Program-made: the position numbers and the translations under genes
In this document: positions 9,204 to 17,488 of the stretch, one piece after another
Layout of the letters: every line of letters begins with the position of its first letter
Numbering within the stretch: position 1 is the stretch's first letter
Virus record (IMG/VR): IMGVR_UViG_3300023198_001125
Length of the DNA stretch: 64,000 bases
Source of the DNA: a virus
Reading direction: 5' to 3' (one strand)
Notes under the pieces: generated by a model
Databases searched by the model: none
What the model saw: only the letters and a program-made list of their open reading frames with translations
What the model was told of the DNA's origin: nothing

Positions 9204-9320
9204 ATGTTCTTGGGTATTCCTACTTGGCAATGGGGGATAGTTCTGTTAATCCTATTCGTAGTATGGAGGTTGTGGGATGCCATCACAATTACCAAACCCA
9301 CGCACAGATGGGACGAGTAG
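9204..9320 (+). CDS. small single-TM protein
   Basis: 38 aa (MFLGIPTWQWGIVLLILFVVWRLW...), GGAGGT RBS; translated by hand. Confidence 0.55.
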   Translation: MFLGIPTWQWGIVLLILFVVWRLWDAITITKPTHRWDE

Positions 9321-9596
9321 CCCAAGCCGAGAGCCAGGCAAAGAACGCCTGGCTCTCTACCTATTTTTTTGTAGAACATGGAGATTGTTCCTACCCAAAG
9401 GTGGTAAAACAAAAGCCACCTTTGGCTGGAACAATGAACATCAAGGAGCAACAGGCTCCAACACGAAGGAGGTGCATGTAAAGACGAGTAAGAGCCTTGC
9501 TAAGTACGTCTATGAAGGGCGAGGACAGGGAGTTAAGGGCCAACACGCTATACGCGAAAATATCTCTATCCCACCCCTGGTCACAAGGAGATAATC

Positions 9597-9779
9597 ATGA
9601 ACGGCATAATGGGAAACATTGGAACGCTTGCATATATATGCATTCCAAGTTGGATTATTTTTTCGGCAATATTAGTTACTATCATTTGTATCAACAGTTC
9701 CAGACTGAGCAGGATCGATGAACCATTCAAAGACCCGGCGGAACTGGCAGAAGAACGAAGGCTTAGGAGGCCACGATGA
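9597..9779 (+). CDS. small single-TM protein
   Basis: AAGGAG RBS, hydrophobic N-terminus. Confidence 0.6.
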   Translation: MNGIMGNIGTLAYICIPSWIIFSAILVTIICINSSRLSRIDEPFKDPAELAEERRLRRPR

Positions 9780-9952
9780 ACGACATAATGCAAAATCCAT
9801 GGACAACAGTATGCTCATGCATAATCGTGTGGACTGTTATCGCAATGGCATTCATTGCGTATAAGTCAAGAAACAGTCACACGACAAACGAGGAAGATGA
9901 ACAATTCTACTTTCGGGTAAGCGACATAGGCTCAGGAGGCCACGATGAATAA
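9776..9952 (+). CDS. small single-TM protein
   Basis: 58 aa translated by hand, AGGAGG RBS, ATGA overlap. Confidence 0.55.
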   Translation: MNDIMQNPWTTVCSCIIVWTVIAMAFIAYKSRNSHTTNEEDEQFYFRVSDIGSGGHDE

Positions 9953-12287
9953 AGTTGATCGCAAGACCAAGGTGCACGTCATTACACCACAGGGCACACT
10001 AATTGAAGAGCGCACGCTCACCAATAGCCCATGGCCAGAACTTTACCCAGATCGTGACATGGTAATCATCGACTGGATGGCAAATACTCAGATACGACCT
10101 GATGAGGAGGCAATAGCAACACCTGTTGAATACGAGGGCAGGATATACTATGGTAATGCCTATTGGGGGAGCGCAGTAAAACAGGGTGTGACCATCGGCG
10201 TGACTGAACACTTCCTTGACGGCCGTATGGTCAAGAAGGCTGAGGATGGCCAGCGTGTAGGACGCTATCTGTTCGCTGAAGGTCATTGGGGTGCAATACA
10301 AGGCAAGTTACGTGTACGTGTATCACCAATCAACACCATGACACCATGGGGATTGATACATGATGGTGCTGGATTTGTACGCAAGGGATTGGCAGATCGA
10401 GCCTACTCAGGTCTGGATAAAATCAGGCTAGGACGAGCGAAAGAGAGTTATACGTTCTGGCAGAGAATTCCATGGACACTCGAGTTGGCACGAGAACTAG
10501 ACCCAATCCTGTCTGAGGCAGTAATGGCCGCTTCAGACATCTCCAAGTTGCTCTTGCAATACTCACCAGCCTCGTTTGATGAAAAACGAGCACTATACGA
10601 GGCAGACAACACAATGGACGAACACCCATACATTGTGAATGCAATTGCACGCAGTTCTGGTGAGTATCTCTCACGCATGGCTACCACAGCAAATGTGGGT
10701 ACTCGATGCGGCGTGATTGTACCAACACAGGCAGACATCGTAATTCCAAGTATGCCTGATGGCAATCCAGTCATTGGCTATCGACACCCCATCGATAGCA
10801 ATGGCTCAATCCAAGCGATGGTGAACAGCACGGACGAGGCAGAGTTCGTGTCTTATGGTCTATCTCAATTCACGCTAGCATCAGGGGAGATATTTGCTAA
10901 GGGTGTGTCCCGAGAGGTAGAAACAGATGACTTTGATGTCTGGCTATGCGATGAGGATATCAAGATGTCTGAATTGCCCCTAGAGGAAGTACGTCGTGAG
11001 GGCGAGTACGAAATAGACAGCATCTATGCTCAAACTCAGCGCCATAAAGAGAACACGGCCGTTGGTATGAACCTTGATAAAGCATCTGTAAGGCAAGGAG
11101 CAGATGGAGACGGCGACATTGAGGATATCGTTGACGGCAACAAGTACCCTGCATTGTACAGCGCAGTGTTACAACAGCCAGAGGGTACAACCAAGAAACT
11201 CGTGAAGTCAAATAGCCCGCTTGATGAACGTACATCAATGATATACAAGTCAATGATGAACTTGGTTGGATTTGCTACCAAGATCATGACTGACACGCTC
11301 ATGGTAACAGACCGTGAATACCTCGCAGACCAACTAGGCTACGAGAACGAGGCCGAAATGGACGCAGAGGGCAACTACCACATCAAGGTCGGCACTGATG
11401 GCTTCAAGACCAACATCGACCAAGCAGAGGTGCGAGCAAGGTTATCAACACTGCAATCCAACATGTTGGGATTGTTTGGCAAGGGTGCACCATACAGTGA
11501 TTGGCCTAACGACCAAGCATTCACACGCTCCATACCTCAGATTTGGCATGAGGGCATGGACGACGAGGATGCAATCGAGGCAATCATGCCATGGATGGAC
11601 AGCACAGTGCCCAGTATATCCCGGCGTGTACTTCCCGGATTGCAGAACGTGTTAGCGGAGCCGTTCAAGACACGCCCATTGACCACATACAAGTATTGGG
11701 CAGACCATTCCACGTACGATGCGCTTAGAATAGCGAGGAAGATGCAGGATTGGTACAACGCCAATGCCAGCGAGGTCAACTGGCAGGATGCAATCGCAAT
11801 CCAGCAATTCAAGTTGGAATGGAAAGAGCGTATTGCAGATGAGACACTACCACGATACGAACTGGCTAATGCACTATGGTTTATAGCGCATGGAGCACGT
11901 AGTGTCAACAGCGGCGCAGGCTCAGTGTTCCTTGGTTTCCCTGAAGAGGCACTCGACATCGTGCTTGAGAAACCCGGACAGCAGTACGTGAAGACCGAAC
12001 AGGGCTATGAAACGGTAATCGTAGGATTGCCAAAGCAATGCCCCAATGTCCTCGAGATGAAAGGCGAGGTAACGATCATTGACGTACCCCTGAAGAAAGC
12101 AGGCAAACTGATGGTGCGCAAAGCCATTGTTGCCGTCGTGGAAGGACAGTTACAGCCAAGTGACAACCGCTATCCAGAGAACACGATAGCATTAGTCGCT
12201 ACCAATGCCTTCCAGCCTCCAGCAGGTGTATACGAGGCATCAATCACACCAAACAGTGAGGCATCACACCTTATTGTATTGGCATAG
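9945..12287 (+). CDS. single-subunit two-barrel RNA polymerase, YonO/eukaryotic-RdRP-like
   Basis: 780 aa; catalytic GADGDGD (DxDGD), HDGAGFV (DGxG), YRHP, FAKG motifs. Confidence 0.75.
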   Translation: MNKVDRKTKVHVITPQGTLIEERTLTNSPWPELYPDRDMVIIDWMANTQIRPDEEAIATPVEYEGRIYYGNAYWGSAVKQGVTIGVTEHFLDGRMVKKAEDGQRVGRYLFAEGHWGAIQGKLRVRVSPINTMTPWGLIHDGAGFVRKGLADRAYSGLDKIRLGRAKESYTFWQRIPWTLELARELDPILSEAVMAASDISKLLLQYSPASFDEKRALYEADNTMDEHPYIVNAIARSSGEYLSRMATTANVGTRCGVIVPTQADIVIPSMPDGNPVIGYRHPIDSNGSIQAMVNSTDEAEFVSYGLSQFTLASGEIFAKGVSREVETDDFDVWLCDEDIKMSELPLEEVRREGEYEIDSIYAQTQRHKENTAVGMNLDKASVRQGADGDGDIEDIVDGNKYPALYSAVLQQPEGTTKKLVKSNSPLDERTSMIYKSMMNLVGFATKIMTDTLMVTDREYLADQLGYENEAEMDAEGNYHIKVGTDGFKTNIDQAEVRARLSTLQSNMLGLFGKGAPYSDWPNDQAFTRSIPQIWHEGMDDEDAIEAIMPWMDSTVPSISRRVLPGLQNVLAEPFKTRPLTTYKYWADHSTYDALRIARKMQDWYNANASEVNWQDAIAIQQFKLEWKERIADETLPRYELANALWFIAHGARSVNSGAGSVFLGFPEEALDIVLEKPGQQYVKTEQGYETVIVGLPKQCPNVLEMKGEVTIIDVPLKKAGKLMVRKAIVAVVEGQLQPSDNRYPENTIALVATNAFQPPAGVYEASITPNSEASHLIVLA

Positions 12288-12317
12288 TTTTCGGCATCGA
12301 AAAGTAGGGGGATTTCG

Positions 12318-12665
12318 ATGCGTGAGGAGATCACGATGAACGATAAAATGAGAATGCAACCGTTTGGATTGCCTGACCCGAGAAACGATGTATATACATG
12401 GCAACTCAGCACAATGTTCAAGGACAATACCAGCATGGCATCGTTCTTGAACAGGCCCGGACAACTATGTGATGAAATCGACAGGCACATCAAGAATAAA
12501 CGTGCCAAGGTCTTGATTGTATTCCATAGAGGACAACTGTATGAAATCTACCAGTTGCTCATGAGCAATCAGTGGATGAAGTCCAACTTCCAGACACACG
12601 AAGTCGACATCGGCACGCCAGAGGAAATCATGGTCATCCGTGATTTAGGAGGTTTCCCGATATGA
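12318..12665 (+). CDS. hypothetical protein
   Basis: 115 aa; start may be 12336. Confidence 0.65.
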   Translation: MREEITMNDKMRMQPFGLPDPRNDVYTWQLSTMFKDNTSMASFLNRPGQLCDEIDRHIKNKRAKVLIVFHRGQLYEIYQLLMSNQWMKSNFQTHEVDIGTPEEIMVIRDLGGFPI

Positions 12666-12958
12666 ACGCAGACACAAGAATGCAACGCATCCTCAGCAGA
12701 AAGGACAGCATGCACTACATATTCGCAAGAAACATGACATACTCGCCAACAGAGAGCAATCCGTGCCCATCAAGACTGCAAAGAGGGCAGATAGAGAACC
12801 TTGTATGTCGAATAGCATTCGCAATCCAAATTGGCGGAGTGCTCGAACTAATGGAAGTGCCACTGTCCAACAAGCAATGGTGGGTATCATTACACCACAA
12901 AGACGGCTCGAAAGAAGGACTAAGACCCTTTCGACGCCGAAAGCGTGCTGAAGTCTAG
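12662..12958 (+). CDS. hypothetical protein
   Basis: 98 aa, ATGA overlap, AGGAGG RBS. Confidence 0.65.
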   Translation: MNADTRMQRILSRKDSMHYIFARNMTYSPTESNPCPSRLQRGQIENLVCRIAFAIQIGGVLELMEVPLSNKQWWVSLHHKDGSKEGLRPFRRRKRAEV

Positions 12959-12983
12959 ATAGCAAACCTGTACATGTTTGCCC

Positions 12984-13012
12984 TTGACAAACCCAGAGAT
13001 TGTGGGTAAAAT
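12984..13012 (+). promoter_or_regulatory. sigma70-type promoter
   Basis: TTGACA-17 bp-TAAAAT. Confidence 0.7.
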
Positions 13013-13116
13013 CGGCGAGCGGGAACCAAGTAGGTAATAGTTATACTTAAAAGGCCAATACCACTTAAGAAGAGGTAGAGGCCTTTTTGGTAATATTGTT
13101 AACACTGGAGAATAAC

Positions 13117-13449
13117 ATGGAAGTAATACTATTAGACAAGGGCATGTTCATCAACGACGAGCCCCAGTTCAGAAAGGTAATGTTTCCTAAGTCTACGCAC
13201 CTAGCAATCGAACATCGAGTGATGCTAGCGGCGTCAGTCCTGACGGGCAATGGCTTCCCGGCATTCAGGCGTGTATCCAAGCGAGGTGTACCGCATGTAG
13301 TGGCTCGAAACAAAACATTCTCAGTAACGTGGTTTCAAAAGGCACGGACATGGAGATTGTTCACGCCATACAATGCGGAATTCCCTGATAAGCATGATTT
13401 CTACGATTTGAACGAACTAGTAGACTTCCTCATGGAGGAAAAGACATGA
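13117..13449 (+). CDS. hypothetical protein
   Basis: GGAG RBS before ATG 13117. Confidence 0.65.
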   Translation: MEVILLDKGMFINDEPQFRKVMFPKSTHLAIEHRVMLAASVLTGNGFPAFRRVSKRGVPHVVARNKTFSVTWFQKARTWRLFTPYNAEFPDKHDFYDLNELVDFLMEEKT

Positions 13450-13847
13450 TAGTCGTATACACAGATGGAGCATGCAGATTGTCGGGTGGAGGCCCCGGTG
13501 GTTGGGCTTTCCTAGCGGATGGAGAACTCGTATCAGGTGGACTGAGATGGACAACCAATAACGCCGCTGAATTATGGGCAATATGGTTTGCCATACTCCA
13601 TGTGGAGGCCAACACCAACGTGCTATTCGTAACAGATAGCAGAAACGTAATCGGGTGGTTGCAAAGAGACTGGAATAGAAGGCAACCACACATCAACGAG
13701 TTATGCCTGATGATTACAGATGCCAAACGTGAGAAGGGCATCAAATGGGCATTCAAGAAAGTGAAAGGACATGCACAAAATGAAAGCAATAACATTGTCG
13801 ATCACGCCGCAACAAATGAGGCACTCAAACTCCTCCGTCAACTATGA
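13446..13847 (+). CDS. rnhA: ribonuclease HI
   Basis: YTDGAC...GPGGW, TNNAAEL, VTDS, KVKGH..NE.N..VD..A. Confidence 0.92.
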   Translation: MIVVYTDGACRLSGGGPGGWAFLADGELVSGGLRWTTNNAAELWAIWFAILHVEANTNVLFVTDSRNVIGWLQRDWNRRQPHINELCLMITDAKREKGIKWAFKKVKGHAQNESNNIVDHAATNEALKLLRQL

Positions 13848-13864
13848 CGGAGGGGGTTTTTTTT
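13830..13864 (+). terminator. intrinsic terminator
   Basis: CTCCTCCGTC/GACGGAGGGG stem followed by T8. Confidence 0.85.
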
Positions 13865-13946
13865 GGCTAACGCGTTCTACAGTTTATTGCTATCGCAATC
13901 TCGAGCGATTTTAATCCACATTCTTTGTACATAGGAGGTACAAACT

Positions 13947-14267
13947 ATGCCAGCACGCAAAAAGAACACCCTATTGGAGGGCTCGCAGGCAATTGAAGTG
14001 CCGGAAGGCGGCCCATCGGGGAACACACAGGAAACCACACGGATTACTGTCCCCGCAAGTAAACTCGAGGACTTTGCTGATTTAGTTCTCAAGACCCACC
14101 CTGATGCGTATGTCCACGAGGCAACCATCGCTAAAGGTGGACGCAATGCGGCAGGGAAACCCAACGTATTGTTTTCGGTCAAGCAGGATGAACCGACCGG
14201 CATGGCAACAGTGTGGGCATCAGGAAAAGGCTCACTGACTGGCGCAATGGCTGATTTACCCTGGTAG
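13947..14267 (+). CDS. hypothetical protein
   Basis: 106 aa, AGGAGGT RBS. Confidence 0.75.
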   Translation: MPARKKNTLLEGSQAIEVPEGGPSGNTQETTRITVPASKLEDFADLVLKTHPDAYVHEATIAKGGRNAAGKPNVLFSVKQDEPTGMATVWASGKGSLTGAMADLPW

Positions 14268-14286
14268 CATCTATCTCCTCCTGAGA

Positions 14287-14320
14287 ACCCCCGGCATCGA
14301 AAGGTGTCGGGGGTATTTTT
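14287..14320 (+). terminator. intrinsic terminator
   Basis: ACCCCCGGCATC-GAAA-GGTGTCGGGGGT then ATTTTT. Confidence 0.8.
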
Positions 14321-14460
14321 ATTTAAGTCCCGGCAAGAACTTGTAGGAACATTGGAGTGCCTGAATTTGCGGCGCTTCAGCCCCTAAAAAACAACGGGCG
14401 GAATGGATGCCCAACACGAATTACGCCCCGAACCCCTCCCCCACCCCGGTTTGACATTTT

Positions 14461-14931
14461 GCCCGTTAGGGCACACGCTTTAACCCCCATCTCCACCCCT
14501 AGTAAAGGATAGCCTCATGTCTAAAATCATATTAGTCCCTTGCTCGCACAAAGACTGTCCCAATGATGCGGTCGGGATGTGTAACGAGTGCAGGGGAATG
14601 TATTGCACCGACCACTTGCTTTTCAATGGTACCGATCCAGATACTATGAACCCGCTGCTGATATGCAAGGACGACCGAGCAAATGCGGTAAGAAGAAAAA
14701 TATTCCAACCTCTTCCAAACGAGATGTTGCCAACTGAAAAGCTTAGGAAATTGGTAATAGATTACGTGGAGATCAGAGCTGGTGAAGAATACATCGGTGA
14801 CCTCCAGCATTACATTTTCGAAGAGGCCATCAAAATGGTCTACGGTGATGATATCTGGCCCAAGCTGAACAAATTACCTGAGCATTAGCCCGTTAGGGCT
14901 CACGCTTTTCACCCCCTTCCCCACCCCTAGT
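14461..14931 (+). repeat. duplicated ~43-bp upstream element
   Basis: GCCCGTTAGGGCWCACGCTTT..ACCCCC....CCACCCCTAGT at 14461-14503 and 14888-14931. Confidence 0.8.
14517..14888 (+). CDS. hypothetical protein with N-terminal B-box/AN1-like Zn finger
   Basis: CSHKDC...CNEC...YCTDH. Confidence 0.7.
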   Translation: MSKIILVPCSHKDCPNDAVGMCNECRGMYCTDHLLFNGTDPDTMNPLLICKDDRANAVRRKIFQPLPNEMLPTEKLRKLVIDYVEIRAGEEYIGDLQHYIFEEAIKMVYGDDIWPKLNKLPEH

Positions 14932-15027
14932 TTACTCTGAGTAAGTGGTATAGCATGGACGTAAAGAGTGGGCACATGGAACCCGGCTGTAACGTGCCCC
15001 TTACCACAACTTTCTCAAGGAGACAAA

Positions 15028-15213
15028 ATGAAATTCTTTGCAATACTTGTGGATACGGCGATAAAGTTTGGTGCTGTCGCCCTGATTACGGGAGTGATTG
15101 TCGGCTTGTTTATACTATGGGCATGGATGATGGACGATCACCCCAAAGCAGCCATATTACTTATAGCCATTATCGCTATAATAGGCATCTCGATAGCAAA
15201 GTACTACACATGA
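15028..15213 (+). CDS. small two-TM protein
   Basis: AAGGAG RBS before ATG 15028. Confidence 0.6.
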   Translation: MKFFAILVDTAIKFGAVALITGVIVGLFILWAWMMDDHPKAAILLIAIIAIIGISIAKYYT

Positions 15214-15216
15214 GTG

Positions 15217-15225
15217 TGGTACAAT
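15217..15225 (+). promoter_or_regulatory. extended -10 promoter for the tRNA cluster
   Basis: TG-G-TACAAT ending 10 nt before tRNA-Val. Confidence 0.55.
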
Positions 15226-15234
15226 AATTTCCCA

Positions 15235-15308
15235 GCGTGTGTAGCTCAGTAGGTCAGAGCACCTCTCTTACAAAGAGGAGGTCGTTGGTTCGAGCCCAAC
15301 CAGACGCA
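15235..15308 (+). tRNA. tRNA-Val(UAC)
   Basis: Hand-folded cloverleaf, loop CTTACAA, T-loop TTCGAGC. Confidence 0.9.
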
Positions 15309-15524
15309 CTAGGCAGGTTTCCAGTTCCAGCCGAGCAGATAGTTAGCCAAGATTTGTCTGAGAAATGTGGCATGCGGCGCTATCGAAAACTGGTGGCATA
15401 TCACGGATACAAGAGAGTAGGCACGGTGCAGCCGTGTTAGCGTGCGCTCCGCCAAAACTCCAACTAATAGAGAGGGTGTTACAGGATCGGGGATGGCCTC
15501 CCGTTATTGAACTAACTCTCTTAT

Positions 15525-15597
15525 GCAAGCGTAGCACAATGGATAGTGCAAAGGTGTTCTAAGCCTTCAGGTGTGGGTTCAACTCCCGCCGCTTGCT
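15525..15597 (+). tRNA. tRNA-Arg(UCU)
   Basis: Cloverleaf, loop GTTCTAA. Confidence 0.88.
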
Positions 15598-15600
15598 CTA

Positions 15601-15678
15601 GCGAATGTAGTTCATAGAGGACGCCACTTATAAGCCGAAAGGCAGGTGTAAAAGTAGGCTCGTACCCTACCATTCGCT
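15601..15678 (+). tRNA. aberrant tRNA-like gene (possible UAU anticodon) with a 10-nt hairpin in the anticodon arm
   Basis: Perfect GCGAATG/CATTCGC acceptor stem and GTAGG/CCTAC T-stem; loop contains CTTATAA plus GCCGAAAGGC. Confidence 0.55.
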
Positions 15679-15738
15679 CTGGTACCACGGGGTGTTTTGC
15701 TGGCCTTCCCCCGAGAACAAAAGAAAGCGCCAGCACAT

Positions 15739-15812
15739 CAGCGTGTAGCTCAGTCCGGTAGAGCGCCGCGTTTGGGACGCGGATGCCGCAGGTTCAAATC
15801 CTGCTTCGCTGA
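15739..15812 (+). tRNA. tRNA-Pro(UGG)
   Basis: Cloverleaf, loop TTTGGGA. Confidence 0.9.
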
Positions 15813-15879
15813 CTGGGTGGGGCACAAGGGCGGCTGAACCCTTCAGCCGTGCCCCGCCAGATTTTATTAGGAGGCTAAT

Positions 15880-16017
15880 ATGGAACCACTAGAGGCATAC
15901 TTTCTTTTCTCGATTATGATAGCACTAGGAATAGTGACCTTCTGCTCGCTGCTAGTACTTGGCATCGCATTCAGCATACTTTTGTTCTGGATCATTGAAT
16001 TGTGGAGGCAACCATGA
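15880..16017 (+). CDS. small TM protein within the tRNA cluster
   Basis: AGGAGG RBS, 45 aa, hydrophobic; translated by hand. Confidence 0.55.
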   Translation: MEPLEAYFLFSIMIALGIVTFCSLLVLGIAFSILLFWIIELWRQP

Positions 16018-16214
16018 GCAGGATACACAAAAGGAAGAAGGAGCAACCCAAGAATTTCCTGGAGGTACTGGGTAGTAGAGAGGCCGTTGATGCTCTTATA
16101 GTATCTCTCAAGCCTGGGTTCATGGCCGTTGTTGAAAGCGGCGCAATCAAGACCAAGAGATACATGACAAGAATTGCACATTACCCACAAGGTAAGTTCA
16201 GACACTTTCGGTAA
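16014..16214 (+). CDS. small basic protein
   Basis: GGAGG RBS, ATGA overlap. Confidence 0.6.
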   Translation: MSRIHKRKKEQPKNFLEVLGSREAVDALIVSLKPGFMAVVESGAIKTKRYMTRIAHYPQGKFRHFR

Positions 16215-16258
16215 AAGGAGAGTGCTATATGTGCCCCCGTAAGTAATGGGGGCTACTC

Positions 16259-16331
16259 GCTTGCGAAGCTCAAATGGACGAGCAGTGGACTTTTAATCCA
16301 TTGGTTGTGGGTTCGAACCCCACGGCAAGCA
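16259..16331 (+). tRNA. tRNA-Lys(UUU)
   Basis: Cloverleaf, loop CTTTTAA. Confidence 0.9.
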
Positions 16332-16386
16332 TTTGGTACCAAACTGTTTGAGGGAGTGCAGGCCCGCAAGGCATAAACCCTCTCCA

Positions 16387-16460
16387 GGATATGTAGCTCA
16401 GCTAGGCAGAGCACCCGGCTCTTAACCGGTAGCGCGTAGGTTCGATCCCTACCATGTCCA
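16387..16460 (+). tRNA. tRNA-Lys(CUU)
   Basis: Cloverleaf, loop CTCTTAA. Confidence 0.9.
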
Positions 16461-16481
16461 CCTTTCGACATCGAAAACTAT

Positions 16482-16562
16482 GTGCAGGCTGAGCATTGGC
16501 GAGCTCAAGTGGCTGTAACCCACCCGTCTGAGACTGTGGGGGTTCAATTCCCTCTCTGCACA
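16482..16562 (+). tRNA. tRNA-Tyr(GUA)
   Basis: Cloverleaf with long variable arm, loop CTGTAAC. Confidence 0.85.
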
Positions 16563-16723
16563 CTAAAGAGACAGAGACTAAAGGCTCCGACAGGATATCC
16601 ATAGGGTTAAAACGGTCACCGCCTACTGATCCGGCAAGTTGTGTGATGCTGAAGTGTGTCTCGCCAATGAATAACACAGGATAGTTGTCGTGCACAGACA
16701 TCATCCGAGGCAGTCTCTTTTAT

Positions 16724-16795
16724 GGCCGCGTAGCTTACCGGAAGAGCGTCTGCCTGTCGAGCAGAAAGGTGTGGGTTCAAATCCCATCGTGGTCG
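16724..16795 (+). tRNA. tRNA-Asp(GUC)
   Basis: Cloverleaf, loop CTGTCGA. Confidence 0.9.
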
Positions 16796-16977
16796 CTGAA
16801 GCAGTCTAAAACGTGAAACGGGCTACTCCGGTAGATGTGTCCATGGCGCACACCCGCGGTCGCAATGTCCGTCGTTCCAACAGGTCATGAACTGGGAACG
16901 AGACTGTGATAAATAAGATGGGGTGGTCGCCCAACAGAGTTGACGTAGACGCTCATGAGGTAGACGCCCCACAATAT

Positions 16978-17050
16978 GGTGATTGAAGTCAAACAGGTGC
17001 GACACGCGGCTGTGAACCGTGGTAAATGGGTTCGAGACCCATCATTCACC
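16978..17050 (+). tRNA. tRNA-His(GUG)
   Basis: Cloverleaf with encoded G-1:C73, loop CTGTGAA. Confidence 0.88.
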
Positions 17051-17054
17051 CTAT

Positions 17055-17126
17055 GTGCCCTTAGCTCAAATGGTAGAGCGCTCGGTTGAAGCCCGAGGTG
17101 ACCAGGTTCGATACCTGGAGGACACA
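17055..17126 (+). tRNA. tRNA-Phe(GAA)
   Basis: Cloverleaf, loop TTGAAGC. Confidence 0.9.
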
Positions 17127-17267
17127 CAGAGGGCTTTGCGGAGTGACGAGCCGCGGAATGCGTGAATAAACCGTCGGAATAAATGAGGGCCTCACGACGA
17201 AGGAAAGTCGCTAACTAAACCCGCAGGTTCTTGTCACTTCTCCTGGCGAAACAAAAAAGAAGTACTT

Positions 17268-17338
17268 GCACTCTTGGCATATCGGAAGTGCGCAGCGCTA
17301 CGAACGCTGTCAGGGAGGTTCGACTCCTCCAGGGTGCT
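17268..17338 (+). tRNA. tRNA-Arg(ACG)
   Basis: Cloverleaf, loop CTACGAA. Confidence 0.9.
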
Positions 17339-17488
17339 CTCGGTGGTGACACCGAACCCACATCTTGCCGAAGCGTATTCGAACCCGTATAGGCAGGGAG
17401 TTTAGTCTTCTCCCGTAAAAAAAGACCCCTGGACAGAGGCCCGCCTGAGCCTGGTCATCCATACTGGAACAACCAAATCAGGCAACAC

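Noticed and set aside
16920-16972. Possible tRNA-Met (GGGGT...CTCATGAG...GCCCCA)
   Set aside because: No T-arm or TTC loop, and too short for a cloverleaf.
15237-17127. ORF-track proteins overlapping the tRNA cluster (e.g. 15237-15440, 15521-15736, 16253-16471, 16885-17127)
   Set aside because: They are translations of tRNA genes or their antisense strands.
17396-17426. preQ1-I riboswitch call for the pseudoknot
   Set aside because: Lacks the conserved UUC/C ligand-binding loop and has no downstream ORF; kept only as a pseudoknot.
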